64,000 nt of DNA from Ferroplasma sp. (GCA_038729085.1 JAVYST010000002.1:3216-67215), one strand, 5' to 3'; positions 27,952 through 38,952 are shown, counted from the first letter of the stretch. Notes: generated from the sequence alone by a model not told the origin. Numbers and translations are program-made.

Positions 27952-29175
27952 TTATTGCCCATTAATTAATTCTGGAAAATCTATTTCTATATTCTTAATA
28001 TTTCTTTCAAAACTGTTCATAACGTATTTCACTGATAAAGAGGACATGGCAACAACTATACCAGCAAATAACAGGATATATGGGAAATATACAAATTCTG
28101 ATAAGTATCCAAAGGCAAATGCCATTACAGGCGATGAGCTTATTGAAAACATTGTTGCCAGCGAATTGAATTTTCCCATTATTGAATCAGGTATCCCGTT
28201 TATCAGTTTCGATTCGAGCAGTATATTTATGAATGCAAGGAAAACACCGATGATGAATGTGAGTACCCCATCGAGAACAGGCATTCTGTTTATCGCTATG
28301 AGAATAAATATTATGCCAGATATAAAAATATACAGTGCCATTGAATTTTTTCTCCCATGATATGCATTTACTCGAGGATTCATGGATATAACGCCTCCAA
28401 TTAACATGCCAGCCGGATAGCCAGCTACAAATAATGTATAATAATAAGAAGGCGCATGCATAATAATATGTATCAATCCAGAGGCAAATACATCCAGTGC
28501 AATAAACATGCCATTCAATAAAAGGCCAAGAAGCAGAAATGGAAGTATGCTTGCTGTAATTTTAACGGTGCTTTTGAATTTAAACGCATTTTTATTATCA
28601 GTTATATGCAATTTCTTTGTTGTGTTCTTAATCGACAGCAATAATTCTATAATAGAAACTGAGACAAGAAATAATGTTAAATAATTATAGCCTATAAAAA
28701 TAAAAACACCCCCCAGTATTATGCCTGCTAGCATGAACAGCCCAGAAGACAACATATCCATACTCTGGACGTGCTCCATTTTTTCAGGTGGTATTATCTG
28801 TTTTTCAATACCGCGAAAATCATCTGAAATCACCCATATAATTGTTGATGATATAAGATCAACAATGTAAATAGAATATAATGAATCTTTAATCAGTATT
28901 AAATAAGAAAATACCATAAATGCATTTATTATAATATATATTTTATTTCTATTATACCTGTCAATTATGACCCCTTCAGGTATCGCTATTATTAAATATC
29001 CCAATAGGGAGAAACCAGGTATAAGGCTTACCAGAAATACCGAATGGTAGATATAAACTATTTCCCACATGAAATATATGGAAAATGCCATATTAGTAAA
29101 TCTTGCAAGATTTCTCGAGATTAATAATCGTATATAAGTGCGTTTATTATTTTCATATAAGTCTATTTCAGTCAT
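27952..29175 (-). CDS. MFS transporter
   Basis: 407 aa with about 12 hydrophobic segments. An MFS-like loop IIDRYNRNK follows TM2. Confidence 0.7.
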   Translation of the reverse strand: MTEIDLYENNKRTYIRLLISRNLARFTNMAFSIYFMWEIVYIYHSVFLVSLIPGFSLLGYLIIAIPEGVIIDRYNRNKIYIIINAFMVFSYLILIKDSLYSIYIVDLISSTIIWVISDDFRGIEKQIIPPEKMEHVQSMDMLSSGLFMLAGIILGGVFIFIGYNYLTLFLVSVSIIELLLSIKNTTKKLHITDNKNAFKFKSTVKITASILPFLLLGLLLNGMFIALDVFASGLIHIIMHAPSYYYTLFVAGYPAGMLIGGVISMNPRVNAYHGRKNSMALYIFISGIIFILIAINRMPVLDGVLTFIIGVFLAFINILLESKLINGIPDSIMGKFNSLATMFSISSSPVMAFAFGYLSEFVYFPYILLFAGIVVAMSSLSVKYVMNSFERNIKNIEIDFPELINGQ

Positions 29176-29225
29176 ATAAATTCCTATTATACGTATATTT
29201 ATATCTTATATATAAATATACTTAC
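29176..29225. promoter_or_regulatory. 50-bp AT-rich divergent promoter region (MFS / ArsR-like regulator)
   Basis: ataaattcctattatacgtatatttatatcttatatataaatatacttac. TATA-like elements lie about 24-28 nt from both start codons. Confidence 0.4.
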
Positions 29226-29813
29226 ATGGACGATAATTATGCTTTATTATTTGAAGCAATGAAAAACCCAACAAAAATGAAAATTATTACATTATTGATA
29301 AATTATGATAAGCTCAATGCAACTGAAATGGCAAAGTTCATAAAAACAACAAGATCTAATATATATCAAAATATTTCTTTCCTTGCCAGCAATGGCATTA
29401 TTAATAATTCAGATACTGTAGTAAAGAAAAATTATATCGAAAAATATTATAGCCTGAACAGGGAATTTTTTATGTCAACAAGCACAGGAATGGAAGAACG
29501 CCTTTCAAACGTGGATAATAGCCAATTTAAAGATATAGCAGTATCATTTTTTTTGGCACAGTCGCTTAATTTATTATTAATTGCTGAGCAGGTTAAAAAT
29601 TTGCCAGATACAGAAATTGAAACCATAAAAAAACAGATGGAAAAAGAAATAGCAATTGCTTATGGAACACTATCACATAAATCATCAATAAAACTGGTGA
29701 AAAACCTAAAAAAAGGCCTTTCAGATAGTGATGATGGCGGTGATGAAGATACCATGTTCCTGTTTGTAATATTCCCTGAGCTAAAAGAATTATTCAAAAT
29801 GAATAACAAATGA
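29226..29813 (+). CDS. ArsR-like HTH transcriptional regulator
   Basis: The track ORF from 29103 overlaps the divergent MFS gene. ATG 29226 gives MDDNYALLFEAMKNPTKMKIITLLINYDKLNATEMAKFIKTTRSNIYQNISFLASNGII, an ArsR-type wHTH. Confidence 0.6.
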   Translation: MDDNYALLFEAMKNPTKMKIITLLINYDKLNATEMAKFIKTTRSNIYQNISFLASNGIINNSDTVVKKNYIEKYYSLNREFFMSTSTGMEERLSNVDNSQFKDIAVSFFLAQSLNLLLIAEQVKNLPDTEIETIKKQMEKEIAIAYGTLSHKSSIKLVKNLKKGLSDSDDGGDEDTMFLFVIFPELKELFKMNNK

Positions 29814-30061
29814 TTTCCAATTTGCTGTTTAAATAAATTAAAAGGCACAGCCTCTGTTTATTTTCCTTTTTTCATACAATACATCAGTTCTGAATAAAGT
29901 TTATTGCTTTTTTTATATAATATCAATTGCATCAAGTAAAAGGTGGACTTGAAAAATTTGTTGCAATCAGGCCATATGGCGTGGTTTTGGTTATGGGCAT
30001 GCTGTGCTATAATTCCAACCCAGCCATTTCAAGAATAATAATTTATTTATACTAATTAGAC

Positions 30062-31531
30062 ATGTCTAATAAGACATATATGGAAGAACTTCAGAAAGGT
30101 GACATTTATAGAATCGTTGCACTTATGGCGTTTTCAGGTACGCTTATAATCTACGTAGAAACAATGATCGTTCCTGCAATTCCTGTATTTATTACATTTT
30201 TCAATACAACATACAACAATGTTTCCTGGATTCTTACAGCTTACTTAATAACAGGAACAGTTGCTGCGGGAATATTCGGCAAACTTGGCGATGTATTCGG
30301 GAAAAGGAGGGTTTTCCTCATTCTATCATTTATTTATGCCGTTTCTGTTTCTCTTGGCGGCTTTGCCACAACACTGGATGAACTGATAGCGATCCGTGTA
30401 GTCCAGGGAATAGGCTTCGGCATGTATCCCCTGGCATATGCCATAATTAATGATGTTGTTCCAAGGGCTAAACTGGCTCTGGCCCAGGGGCTTATGAGTG
30501 CCACTTTTGCAGTAGGAGCAGGAATTGCCCTTGTTATTGGAGCGTATATAACAGAAACATTCAGCTGGGAATGGTCTTTCCATGCTATAGCGCCTGTTGC
30601 ATTTATTCTTTTTATTCTTTCTTATTTCTATTTAAAGGATGCCGCCAGGCCTGTGAAGGAAAAAATTGATATGGCTGGTGTTGTGATTATGGCAGGTGCA
30701 CTGGCAACACTTATTTTTGCATTATCTGAGGGAAACACCTATGGGTGGGAATCACCATTGATTATATTTCTGTTCATATTTTCAGCCATTGCATTTTACT
30801 CGCTTACTGTTTATGAACTTAACTGCAAGGATGCATTCATAGACATGCGGTTGCTGAAAACCAGGAATGTGTTTATTGCAAATTTTGTTGGGCTTTTCAC
30901 CATGGCAGGCATGTATTTCCTGTTCTTTACTGTGCCTACTCTCCTTCAGGATCCTGCGCCCAGCGGATTTGGAAGGTCTATTTTAGAGTCAGGCCTTATA
31001 ATGTTGCCTGCTACCATACTTGCCATGGTATTTGCGCCATTAGCAGCCAGAGTTACAGATAGAAAAGGGCCTAAAACTGCAATACTTATAGGATTGATTG
31101 TGAGCTTCCTTGCATTTTTGCTGCTTCTGGCCCACAGGGGTTCTGTACTGGACATAATTGAGGCTGCAGCCACACTGGGCTCAGGGTTCTCTTTTGTACT
31201 GGTAGGAATAATCAACCTGCTCCTGATTTCCACTCCGAAATCAATGGCAGGAGAGGCAACAGGGCTTAACACTGTATTCCGTGAACTTGGCATGACTGTT
31301 GCCCCGGCTATAGGAGGGACTTATGAGACCATTTATTCCGTAAGGGTGATAATTGGCCTTATTCCTTACAGGTTCAATGGATTCCCATTTATTCCGATTA
31401 CATACAGTTTCCCATCACAAACAGCATACAATTTTACATATCTTACTGGAATAATATTCCTCCTATTTGCAGTGCTGGTTACGCTCTTTATAAAAGATAA
31501 AAAAGGTGAAAAAAATGAAAACATACAATAA
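30062..31531 (+). CDS. MFS transporter, DHA2/EmrB-like (14 TM)
   Basis: 489 aa. GKLGDVFGKRRVF motif and a 14-TM layout typical of drug:H+ antiporter-2. Confidence 0.8.
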   Translation: MSNKTYMEELQKGDIYRIVALMAFSGTLIIYVETMIVPAIPVFITFFNTTYNNVSWILTAYLITGTVAAGIFGKLGDVFGKRRVFLILSFIYAVSVSLGGFATTLDELIAIRVVQGIGFGMYPLAYAIINDVVPRAKLALAQGLMSATFAVGAGIALVIGAYITETFSWEWSFHAIAPVAFILFILSYFYLKDAARPVKEKIDMAGVVIMAGALATLIFALSEGNTYGWESPLIIFLFIFSAIAFYSLTVYELNCKDAFIDMRLLKTRNVFIANFVGLFTMAGMYFLFFTVPTLLQDPAPSGFGRSILESGLIMLPATILAMVFAPLAARVTDRKGPKTAILIGLIVSFLAFLLLLAHRGSVLDIIEAAATLGSGFSFVLVGIINLLLISTPKSMAGEATGLNTVFRELGMTVAPAIGGTYETIYSVRVIIGLIPYRFNGFPFIPITYSFPSQTAYNFTYLTGIIFLLFAVLVTLFIKDKKGEKNENIQ

Positions 31532-32870
31532 AATATTAACTGGAATTGTAATAATTTCGATGGCAATGCTTGCTATTGCTGCATCCGGCATGGTTTCTTC
31601 TATGCATTCCACAGAAGCAATAAATTCATCGGATGCTGTTGACAACAATGCCCTGGCAGTAACTTCCGTTTCGTGGTACAGTGCAAACTCAACAGAACTT
31701 CCTGCTCCGGGAAGCAATGGCATTCCGCTCTATGTTACCTTTGTTTCATATATAAATATGGAAAACGCCAATATTTCAATAAATATTTCAGAATACAAAT
31801 CTCCACTTTCTTATACATATATAAGTGGCCCGGATTCTAATGTGAGGACTTACAACAATATACCGGAAATAATAGCCGGGCATTCATATACTGTCATGCA
31901 GCTGATGAATATAAGCAAAAGCAGCGAATATTCATTCTACGATGAAAATCTAGCATATAGCAATGCAACAATATCCGGGAATACTGCATTTGCCATCCCA
32001 ATCGGAACTCCGCAGGTCAGCCTTATTTCATACATTACTGATCCGCCTGTGATATACCAAAATGAAAAATTCATAAAATTGACAGCATATACAGAAAATA
32101 CTGGCACATCCGCCATGAGGAATGTTACTGTAAATATCACTTCAGATAAATATAAAGTCTTATCGCCCGTTCAGTACTCAATTGCATATTATCCCCAGGG
32201 CAGTCTCTTAAACTTTACATTCTATATAAATGCAGATAATACAACAGGCAATGCACCTATTTACTTCTATATAAATAATAACGTTTACACGCTGAATACA
32301 TTTATACACAGCAATGGGCATAATGGATTGTCTATATCGGTTCAGAAGAAAGATCTAATTTCTGGCACAAAGAAACAGGTAATTATGTTTTACCTCAATG
32401 ATACAGGAAACCAAACATATCTTGATGTTCAGATGCATATGCTTTCTCCAAGCATAATATCGATACATGTATCATCGTCAAATCCGCTTGGCGCATTGAC
32501 TGCAAATAATGTAACATTTGCACTGATAAAGCCGGGCCAGAGCATAATGGCAACATATGTTGTCGATACCTCTGCGGCTCCACCAGGAAACTATCCTGTA
32601 CAATTGCTGGTAGAATACCATTTTAACAATACTGCAGAATCATTCGATAAAGTATATACATATAACCAGAAAATCAGCCCTACTGCAACACAACAGGTGG
32701 AAAATACTATGGTAGAGCCACTTTATGCAGGATTGGCCGCACTTGCTATTGCAATACTTATTTCTATCAGTGCAGTTGCCATGCATTATAGAAAAAAAGC
32801 AAGGAAATCAGAAAAGAAGAAGGGCGAAAAAAAGATTGAAAAAGAGGATAGTTCTAAAAAGAATCAATAA
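31515..32870 (+). CDS. secreted, C-terminally anchored glycoprotein (S-layer-domain/COG1361-like), function unknown
   Basis: Start ATG 31515 lies 5 nt after GGTGA (31505-31509) and overlaps the MFS gene by 17 nt. Features: an N-terminal signal-like TM, more than 12 N-x-S/T sequons, and a C-terminal TM plus Lys-rich tail. Confidence 0.45.
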   Translation: MKTYNKILTGIVIISMAMLAIAASGMVSSMHSTEAINSSDAVDNNALAVTSVSWYSANSTELPAPGSNGIPLYVTFVSYINMENANISINISEYKSPLSYTYISGPDSNVRTYNNIPEIIAGHSYTVMQLMNISKSSEYSFYDENLAYSNATISGNTAFAIPIGTPQVSLISYITDPPVIYQNEKFIKLTAYTENTGTSAMRNVTVNITSDKYKVLSPVQYSIAYYPQGSLLNFTFYINADNTTGNAPIYFYINNNVYTLNTFIHSNGHNGLSISVQKKDLISGTKKQVIMFYLNDTGNQTYLDVQMHMLSPSIISIHVSSSNPLGALTANNVTFALIKPGQSIMATYVVDTSAAPPGNYPVQLLVEYHFNNTAESFDKVYTYNQKISPTATQQVENTMVEPLYAGLAALAIAILISISAVAMHYRKKARKSEKKKGEKKIEKEDSSKKNQ

Positions 32871-32899
32871 ATTTTTTAATATGTGTGGAATAGATATAT

Positions 32900-33400
32900 A
32901 TGAATGATTATTCGCTGCGAATACTTTACATGCTCAAATTCAGTGATATCACTGGATATGGATTATCCAAACAGCTTTCCAATTCTGCGACTGGAAAAAA
33001 TATTTCAAATGGTGCACTCATACCTGTATTAAACCGCCTTCTTTCTGAAAATTTTATTACATTTAATATGCGCGATGGAAAGAAGTTCTACTCACTTACC
33101 GACAAGGGAAAACAGTTTGTAGACAATGTGCTTGACCTGAACGAAGAAGTACGTGACCAGGCCATTTGCGATGCTATAGACCGGGAATTTCCATACATAA
33201 ATGTATTTACAGATATTCAGGATTATAATGTCCTGAAAAACTTGATAAGAGAAATAGGCCATCCAGTTATAGAAATAATACGGCAGGCATTTTACCTGAG
33301 AAAAAATGGGAATGAAAAAGCCATAAGCGATATAAAGAAAAAAATGGGAGATATCATCAACGAAGCTAGAGCTCAGAATATGAAGAATAAGCAGCAGTAA
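32900..33400 (+). CDS. PadR-family transcriptional regulator
   Basis: 166 aa. GYGLSKQL...NGALIPVLNRLLSENFITFNMRDGKKFYSLTDKGKQF is the PadR wHTH pattern. Confidence 0.7.
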   Translation: MNDYSLRILYMLKFSDITGYGLSKQLSNSATGKNISNGALIPVLNRLLSENFITFNMRDGKKFYSLTDKGKQFVDNVLDLNEEVRDQAICDAIDREFPYINVFTDIQDYNVLKNLIREIGHPVIEIIRQAFYLRKNGNEKAISDIKKKMGDIINEARAQNMKNKQQ

Positions 33401-34248
33401 CCATTTCAGAATGCTTCCAGCAATACCTTGCTATAGGCTATCCATCAAGGGTTCTTGAAACCATTTTTTTCGGCCTTCTTCTTGGCTGCAATATATCTAA
33501 AGGTGAATTAATGGCATCTTAAAATGCTCCTTTGACAAAGTATTGCATTATCATTGCAATTGCATTCCCATCATAAATTATTATGTTTCCAATAAGTACA
33601 AGAAAAACATTGAAATAATGGTGTTTATGAGATTGAAAGTTAACTTTATTAAGGTACCTGATGATTATTCCGCTATTACTGCAATATAAATTATATATAA
33701 TTTCTATATTCCGGGAGTATTCGTTACTAATATGAATATTGAATCACTGATAAAGTATAATACATGGCAGGAAACAAATGCTTTAAATAAAAAATTGTTC
33801 AATGAATATAAAAGGGCACTTTTTATAATATTCTAAAATACATGAATAATATCCAAATTATAGGCAGGTTATGGTTACGCCCCTATTGCCTGGTTATATT
33901 GCATGAAAAACAGCCTATCACCTTTCATTGTTTTTCGGCATCTCGGCTAAAAGTTCAAACATATAAACTATATGCCCTGAATGTAATATTGCATTATTGA
34001 TATCAGGGGAATTTGAGAGTTTTCAATCTTTTGGCAACAATCCCTGCTAATTGTTTAATGACAAATGTTTTTATATAATTTGGATATATTAATTTATGTT
34101 GCATACAGTGTTAAATAAAAACTTTAGCAGATGTTATGTTATTGGCCCAGAAAACAGTGTAATTCAAAAAACTAATGCTGGAATTAAAAAAATTAATGGA
34201 ATAACTATTGCTTTAAATAAAGAATATAATAATACAGTGGTGGGCTGA

Positions 34249-35634
34249 TTGCCTGGCGAGTATTTAGACCAAATTTTAAAATACACATCCAGCAGGTCAA
34301 AATATGCCGAGGCAAGGTTTATGGATATAGAAAGCAACGCCCTTTCTTACAGGAATGGCTCATTTGAAGGCGTGGATTTTGACTCTGAAAAAGGATATGC
34401 CTTCCGTGTTGCAAATAATTCTATTGCTATGGGCTTCTGCGATTCTGAAGATTGGGATACTATCAAGAATACCATTGATATCGCAATAAGGAAATCTAAT
34501 GCATCAGGAAAAAACAATATAAGTTTTGGCAGGGCAATAAAAGATGGTTGGGAAGTACAACAGAAGAAAAAAATTGGAGATTTTTCTATAGAAGACAAAA
34601 TAAGCATATTAAAAGACAATGATTCATGCATGGAAAATGACGGTGCCTCTGTACGTGTAAATAGAATAAGTGATAAAAGCATAAATCAACGGTATATTAA
34701 TTCTGTTGGTTCCGACATAAGAGGAAAAATATTCCGGGTTGCCTATACATATATGATGGGTTTCGCCGATAGTGGCAACTTTGAACAGTCTATCCAGCAG
34801 TTTGGCGCCTCATCAGGTTTTGAGTATATAGATTCATTGAATCTTGAAAATAGAATATATGAAGATGCAAAAGGCCTTTTAGATTCACTGAAGGCTACAA
34901 AGCCAGATGAAGGGAATTACGATATTGTTGTTGGGCCTGAGATATCAGGAATTACAGCCCATGAATCCTGTGGGCATCCCACCGAATATGATAGAATAAT
35001 AGGGCGGGAGGGCGCACAGGCAGGTGAATCATTCCTGGCGGGAAAAAGATATCCATTTAAAGTGGGTTCCAAAAATGTAAGCATTATAGATAATCCATCA
35101 TTAAAGGAAAGCTATGGATATTATAAATACGATGATGAAGGAACTCCTTCCCGTAAAAGATATCTTTACAGAGAAGGAATGACCGGCGAATTTATATTAA
35201 ATAGAGAAAGTGCTGCTTTATTGGGTGAAGACTCAAATGGTGGAGGCAGATCATCTTCATGGGACATGGAACCGCTGGGTAGAATGAGTACAACGTATAT
35301 TGAACCTGGCAACTATTCTGTTGATGAATTGATTGATGGCGTAAAAAATGGCATATATATAAATTCATTTACAGAGTGGAATATAGATGATATACGTTTC
35401 AATGAGAAATATGTAGGGAAGGATGCTTTTTACATCAAGAATGGAAAGATTGCAGGAAGGGTAAAAAGGCCTACAATAGAGACAAATACTGTAAAATTTT
35501 ACAGTTCGGTTGATGCAGTCGGCAAGGACCTTGAATTTTATGCAGGAACATGTGGCAAGGGTGATCCGGAACAGGGAATAGAAGTATGGATGGGTGGCCC
35601 TCACATGCGTTTAAGGGAGGTGCATATAAAATGA
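34249..35634 (+). CDS. tldD: TldD-family metalloprotease
   Basis: 461 aa starting at TTG. The conserved N-terminal KYAEARF block precedes the first ATG, so the start must be upstream of it. HESCGH metal-binding motif is present. Confidence 0.85.
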   Translation: MPGEYLDQILKYTSSRSKYAEARFMDIESNALSYRNGSFEGVDFDSEKGYAFRVANNSIAMGFCDSEDWDTIKNTIDIAIRKSNASGKNNISFGRAIKDGWEVQQKKKIGDFSIEDKISILKDNDSCMENDGASVRVNRISDKSINQRYINSVGSDIRGKIFRVAYTYMMGFADSGNFEQSIQQFGASSGFEYIDSLNLENRIYEDAKGLLDSLKATKPDEGNYDIVVGPEISGITAHESCGHPTEYDRIIGREGAQAGESFLAGKRYPFKVGSKNVSIIDNPSLKESYGYYKYDDEGTPSRKRYLYREGMTGEFILNRESAALLGEDSNGGGRSSSWDMEPLGRMSTTYIEPGNYSVDELIDGVKNGIYINSFTEWNIDDIRFNEKYVGKDAFYIKNGKIAGRVKRPTIETNTVKFYSSVDAVGKDLEFYAGTCGKGDPEQGIEVWMGGPHMRLREVHIK

Positions 35635-36929
35635 GCCTGGATTTGAATTTAGTGAAGGAAAAATTGGAAAGAAAGGGATTTACAGAATATGCATTGACAT
35701 TAATTGAGAATAATATTGAACAGATTCGTTTTTCACAAAATTTAATTGACCTTTCAAATATATGGAACGAACAGAGAATAAATGTATTTGCGGCCAATGG
35801 CAATAAAGTTGCAACAACAATAATGAGGGATATGAATGACGATAACATTGATAAACTGTGGAAAGCCGTTAATGCATCGCCTGGCGATAAATTATTTTCT
35901 GGCTTGAACACTGAAAGGCAGAACTATCATGGAAATAATTCAAAATTTTTTGAATATGATCTCCAGGATTTTTCAAAATCAGCAATACAATCGGCACTGG
36001 ACAGTGGTGCTGAGAGGGTGGCTGGAACAGCTTACAATATATCAACAAATGTAAAATCAATGACACGGTACAATGAATGTGAATACAAGACTGGCGGGAT
36101 TGAATTGAATATAAGGTCATTTAAGGGAGAATTTTCTGGCCAGGAAGGAATACACTGGGGATTGAGCTCTGGTGTAAATAAATCTTCTTTTGAAAGGGCA
36201 GGATCTGAATCTGCAGGCACCGCTATTGCTACTGGCAAAAAAGAAAATATCAATCCCGGAAAATATACCGTTATTATGTCACCGTACGTTATTGGAAATA
36301 TAGTATCCAGTTCAATTGGATCACTTTCCTATTATGCCATTGAAGCAGGCATGAGCAACTTTAAAGATGAAATGGGCAACAGGGTTGCAGGAGATCAAGT
36401 TTCACTTATTGATGATCCTTTAGACTCCAGTGGTGTTGGGTACCGCCTTGCCGATGATGAATGCACAGGCACCAGAAAAAACGAAATTATAAAAAATGGC
36501 ATTCTTAAAACTTATCTTCACTCATATTCTACTGCAACCAGATCCGGTACAAAAACTACCGGAAACGCAGGAATTATAAAGCCGACTGCATGGCAGCCAA
36601 AACTTCTCCCTGGCATAGATAAATTATCAGATATGATAGCAGGGCTTAAAGATGGTTTGCTTATTGAAAACTGCTGGTACACCCGTTTCCAGGATTATAA
36701 GAATGGAATATTCTCCACTGTCCCTAGGGATGGAGTTTTTCTCATACATAACGGAGAAATAAATGGAAATGTTGCAGGAATTAGAATCAGCGACTCTTTC
36801 AGAAATATACTTTCTAACATAGAAGAAGTATCTTCAGAATCTAAAAATGCCAAATGGTGGCAGGAGGTTGCTGCCACAAATATGCCATATGTAAAGGCAA
36901 AAGGCGTTAATATATCACGGGCATTCTGA
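35631..36929 (+). CDS. pmbA: PmbA/TldE-family protein (TldD partner)
   Basis: ATG 35631 overlaps the tldD stop (ATGA) and lies 8 nt after GGGAGGTG (35615-35622). It has a TldD/PmbA fold without the HExxxH motif. Confidence 0.8.
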   Translation: MSLDLNLVKEKLERKGFTEYALTLIENNIEQIRFSQNLIDLSNIWNEQRINVFAANGNKVATTIMRDMNDDNIDKLWKAVNASPGDKLFSGLNTERQNYHGNNSKFFEYDLQDFSKSAIQSALDSGAERVAGTAYNISTNVKSMTRYNECEYKTGGIELNIRSFKGEFSGQEGIHWGLSSGVNKSSFERAGSESAGTAIATGKKENINPGKYTVIMSPYVIGNIVSSSIGSLSYYAIEAGMSNFKDEMGNRVAGDQVSLIDDPLDSSGVGYRLADDECTGTRKNEIIKNGILKTYLHSYSTATRSGTKTTGNAGIIKPTAWQPKLLPGIDKLSDMIAGLKDGLLIENCWYTRFQDYKNGIFSTVPRDGVFLIHNGEINGNVAGIRISDSFRNILSNIEEVSSESKNAKWWQEVAATNMPYVKAKGVNISRAF

Positions 36930-37269
36930 ATTCAATAATATTTTCTAAATATTTATCTTTTCCAGGAAACATATGTATTCCAGAGATAAATGGCATAGAA
37001 AATTCTATGAACTGGCTGTAAATTAGCATTCCACTGGAAAAGTGAATGGAACTTATTTGATGGTTGCCATGCCTTCAGCTATAAATTTTTCATAATTTTG
37101 TGAAGTTTTTTAAATATAAAACCATATAGCAACGATATAAAAATACTGTAATTTTCAAATAATAGTTGATGGAAATAAAACCCTGCATTGCTAAAGGCCA
37201 TTGTATTTATTATATTTTAAAGAGGTATGCATATAGCAATATTTATATTTCTTTCTGGATTATTCATAT

Positions 37270-38952
37270 ATGGATATATTGGAGTTATACAGGCGATTGA
37301 TCGATGCGCCCCAAGATAAGAAAAATGATGTTTTATCTGAACTTAAAAATATAAAACCGGATTATTCAATTAACTGGGTATCAGACATATTTGAAAAGTT
37401 ATTTATTAATGAGAAAAAAAAGGCTATTATTTACACAAATATAGATACAGGAATAGAAAAATCATTCACATACTATGAGCTTTATCAACATTATAACAGA
37501 TTCATCAATTTGTTAAGGGATAAAAATATCAAAAAGGGCTCAAACATATATGTTATACTGCCTGCTGTATTAGAACAGTGGTATATCATGCTTGGAGCAT
37601 TGAAGGCAGGATATACAATCATTCCAACTGCACAGAATATAACAGAATATGAATTAAAATTCAGATTTGAGAATGATGCACCGGCGGTAGTCGTATCCGA
37701 TATCGCTAATTTTGAGAAAATTGAAAGGTCTTTAAAAAACAACCCTGTCAAGTTAATTGTAGGTGAATTGAATTCCTGGGAAAGCATAGATAAAATATAT
37801 GATTTTCCCGATAGGGCTGAACCTGAAAAATTATATGTTGATGATGTTTTTATTAAATACTTTACATCCGGTACCACTGGAATGCCCAAAGCAGTCAGGC
37901 ACAGTGCAGTTCTTTATCCTCTCGGGCAGTTAAGTACAGTAACTGCTATTGGCATAAAAAAGGATTACATTCATGTGAATTTAAGTTCACCAGGATGGGC
38001 TAAATTTGCATGGAGTTCAATTTTCGCACCATTATGCGCAGGTGCAACAGTACTGGCTATTGATTATAGTGGAAAACTCAATTCGCATAAATATCTCCAA
38101 ACTTTAGACAAATATAAGGTAAATTCATTCTGCGCTCCACCAACAGCATGGAGGCAATTTATTGCACAGAAATTTGACGACATAAAGCTTGAAAACCTGA
38201 AGGAAACAGTGAGTGCTGGAGAACCCTTAAATGGAGAGGTTATTTCTAAATGGAGGTCTAAATTTAGAACTACAATACGTGATTTTTATGGACAGAGTGA
38301 ATCAACGGCCATGGTTGCAAATATCCCTGGTGCTGATGTAATTCCAGGGTCCATGGGCAAGCCATTATCGCTGTATAATATGAAATTGCTTGATGAAAAT
38401 ATGGATATAATAACTGAGCCTGATGTGGTGGGTGATATTGCTGTACAGGATTATTACCATAATTATGGATTATTCCTTGGGTATTCACATGAAGGCAAAA
38501 ATAAAGAGGTGTTCAGGAATAATTTTTATTTAACAGGGGATAGGGCATATTTTGATGATGAAGGCAATTTCTATTTTGTAAGCAGATCGGATGATGTTAT
38601 AAAGAGTTCAGATTACAGAGTTGGCCCCTTTGAAGTTGAAAGTGCAATTATACAGAACAGCAGTGTGCTTGAATCTGCTGTTGTTGGCAGGCCTGATCCA
38701 ATGAAATACCAGCTTATCAAGGCATATGTGGTTTTAAAGGAGGGAGAATTAAAAAATCTTCAGACTGCAGAGTCAATATATAAGAGCGTCAAGAATATTC
38801 TGCCACGTTACAAATTGCCGGGAATAATAGAATTTACAGATGAACTGCCTAAGACGATAAGTGGAAAAATTAAGAGAAATGAATTGAGAAAAATAGAAGA
38901 GGAAAAAGTTTCTAATGGCATATCAGGAAAATTCGAATTTACAGTAAGATGA
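37270..38952 (+). CDS. AMP-forming acyl-CoA synthetase (medium-chain / ACS-like)
   Basis: 560 aa. YFTSGTTGMPK, YGQSE, TGDRAY and the C-terminal PKTISGKIKR motif. Confidence 0.88.
   Translation: MDILELYRRLIDAPQDKKNDVLSELKNIKPDYSINWVSDIFEKLFINEKKKAIIYTNIDTGIEKSFTYYELYQHYNRFINLLRDKNIKKGSNIYVILPAVLEQWYIMLGALKAGYTIIPTAQNITEYELKFRFENDAPAVVVSDIANFEKIERSLKNNPVKLIVGELNSWESIDKIYDFPDRAEPEKLYVDDVFIKYFTSGTTGMPKAVRHSAVLYPLGQLSTVTAIGIKKDYIHVNLSSPGWAKFAWSSIFAPLCAGATVLAIDYSGKLNSHKYLQTLDKYKVNSFCAPPTAWRQFIAQKFDDIKLENLKETVSAGEPLNGEVISKWRSKFRTTIRDFYGQSESTAMVANIPGADVIPGSMGKPLSLYNMKLLDENMDIITEPDVVGDIAVQDYYHNYGLFLGYSHEGKNKEVFRNNFYLTGDRAYFDDEGNFYFVSRSDDVIKSSDYRVGPFEVESAIIQNSSVLESAVVGRPDPMKYQLIKAYVVLKEGELKNLQTAESIYKSVKNILPRYKLPGIIEFTDELPKTISGKIKRNELRKIEEEKVSNGISGKFEFTVR

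Noticed and set aside
29103-29225. N-terminal extension of the ArsR-like ORF overlapping the divergent MFS gene
   Set aside because: The extension is Tyr/Leu/Ile-rich promoter DNA. ATG 29226 gives a normal wHTH N-terminus.
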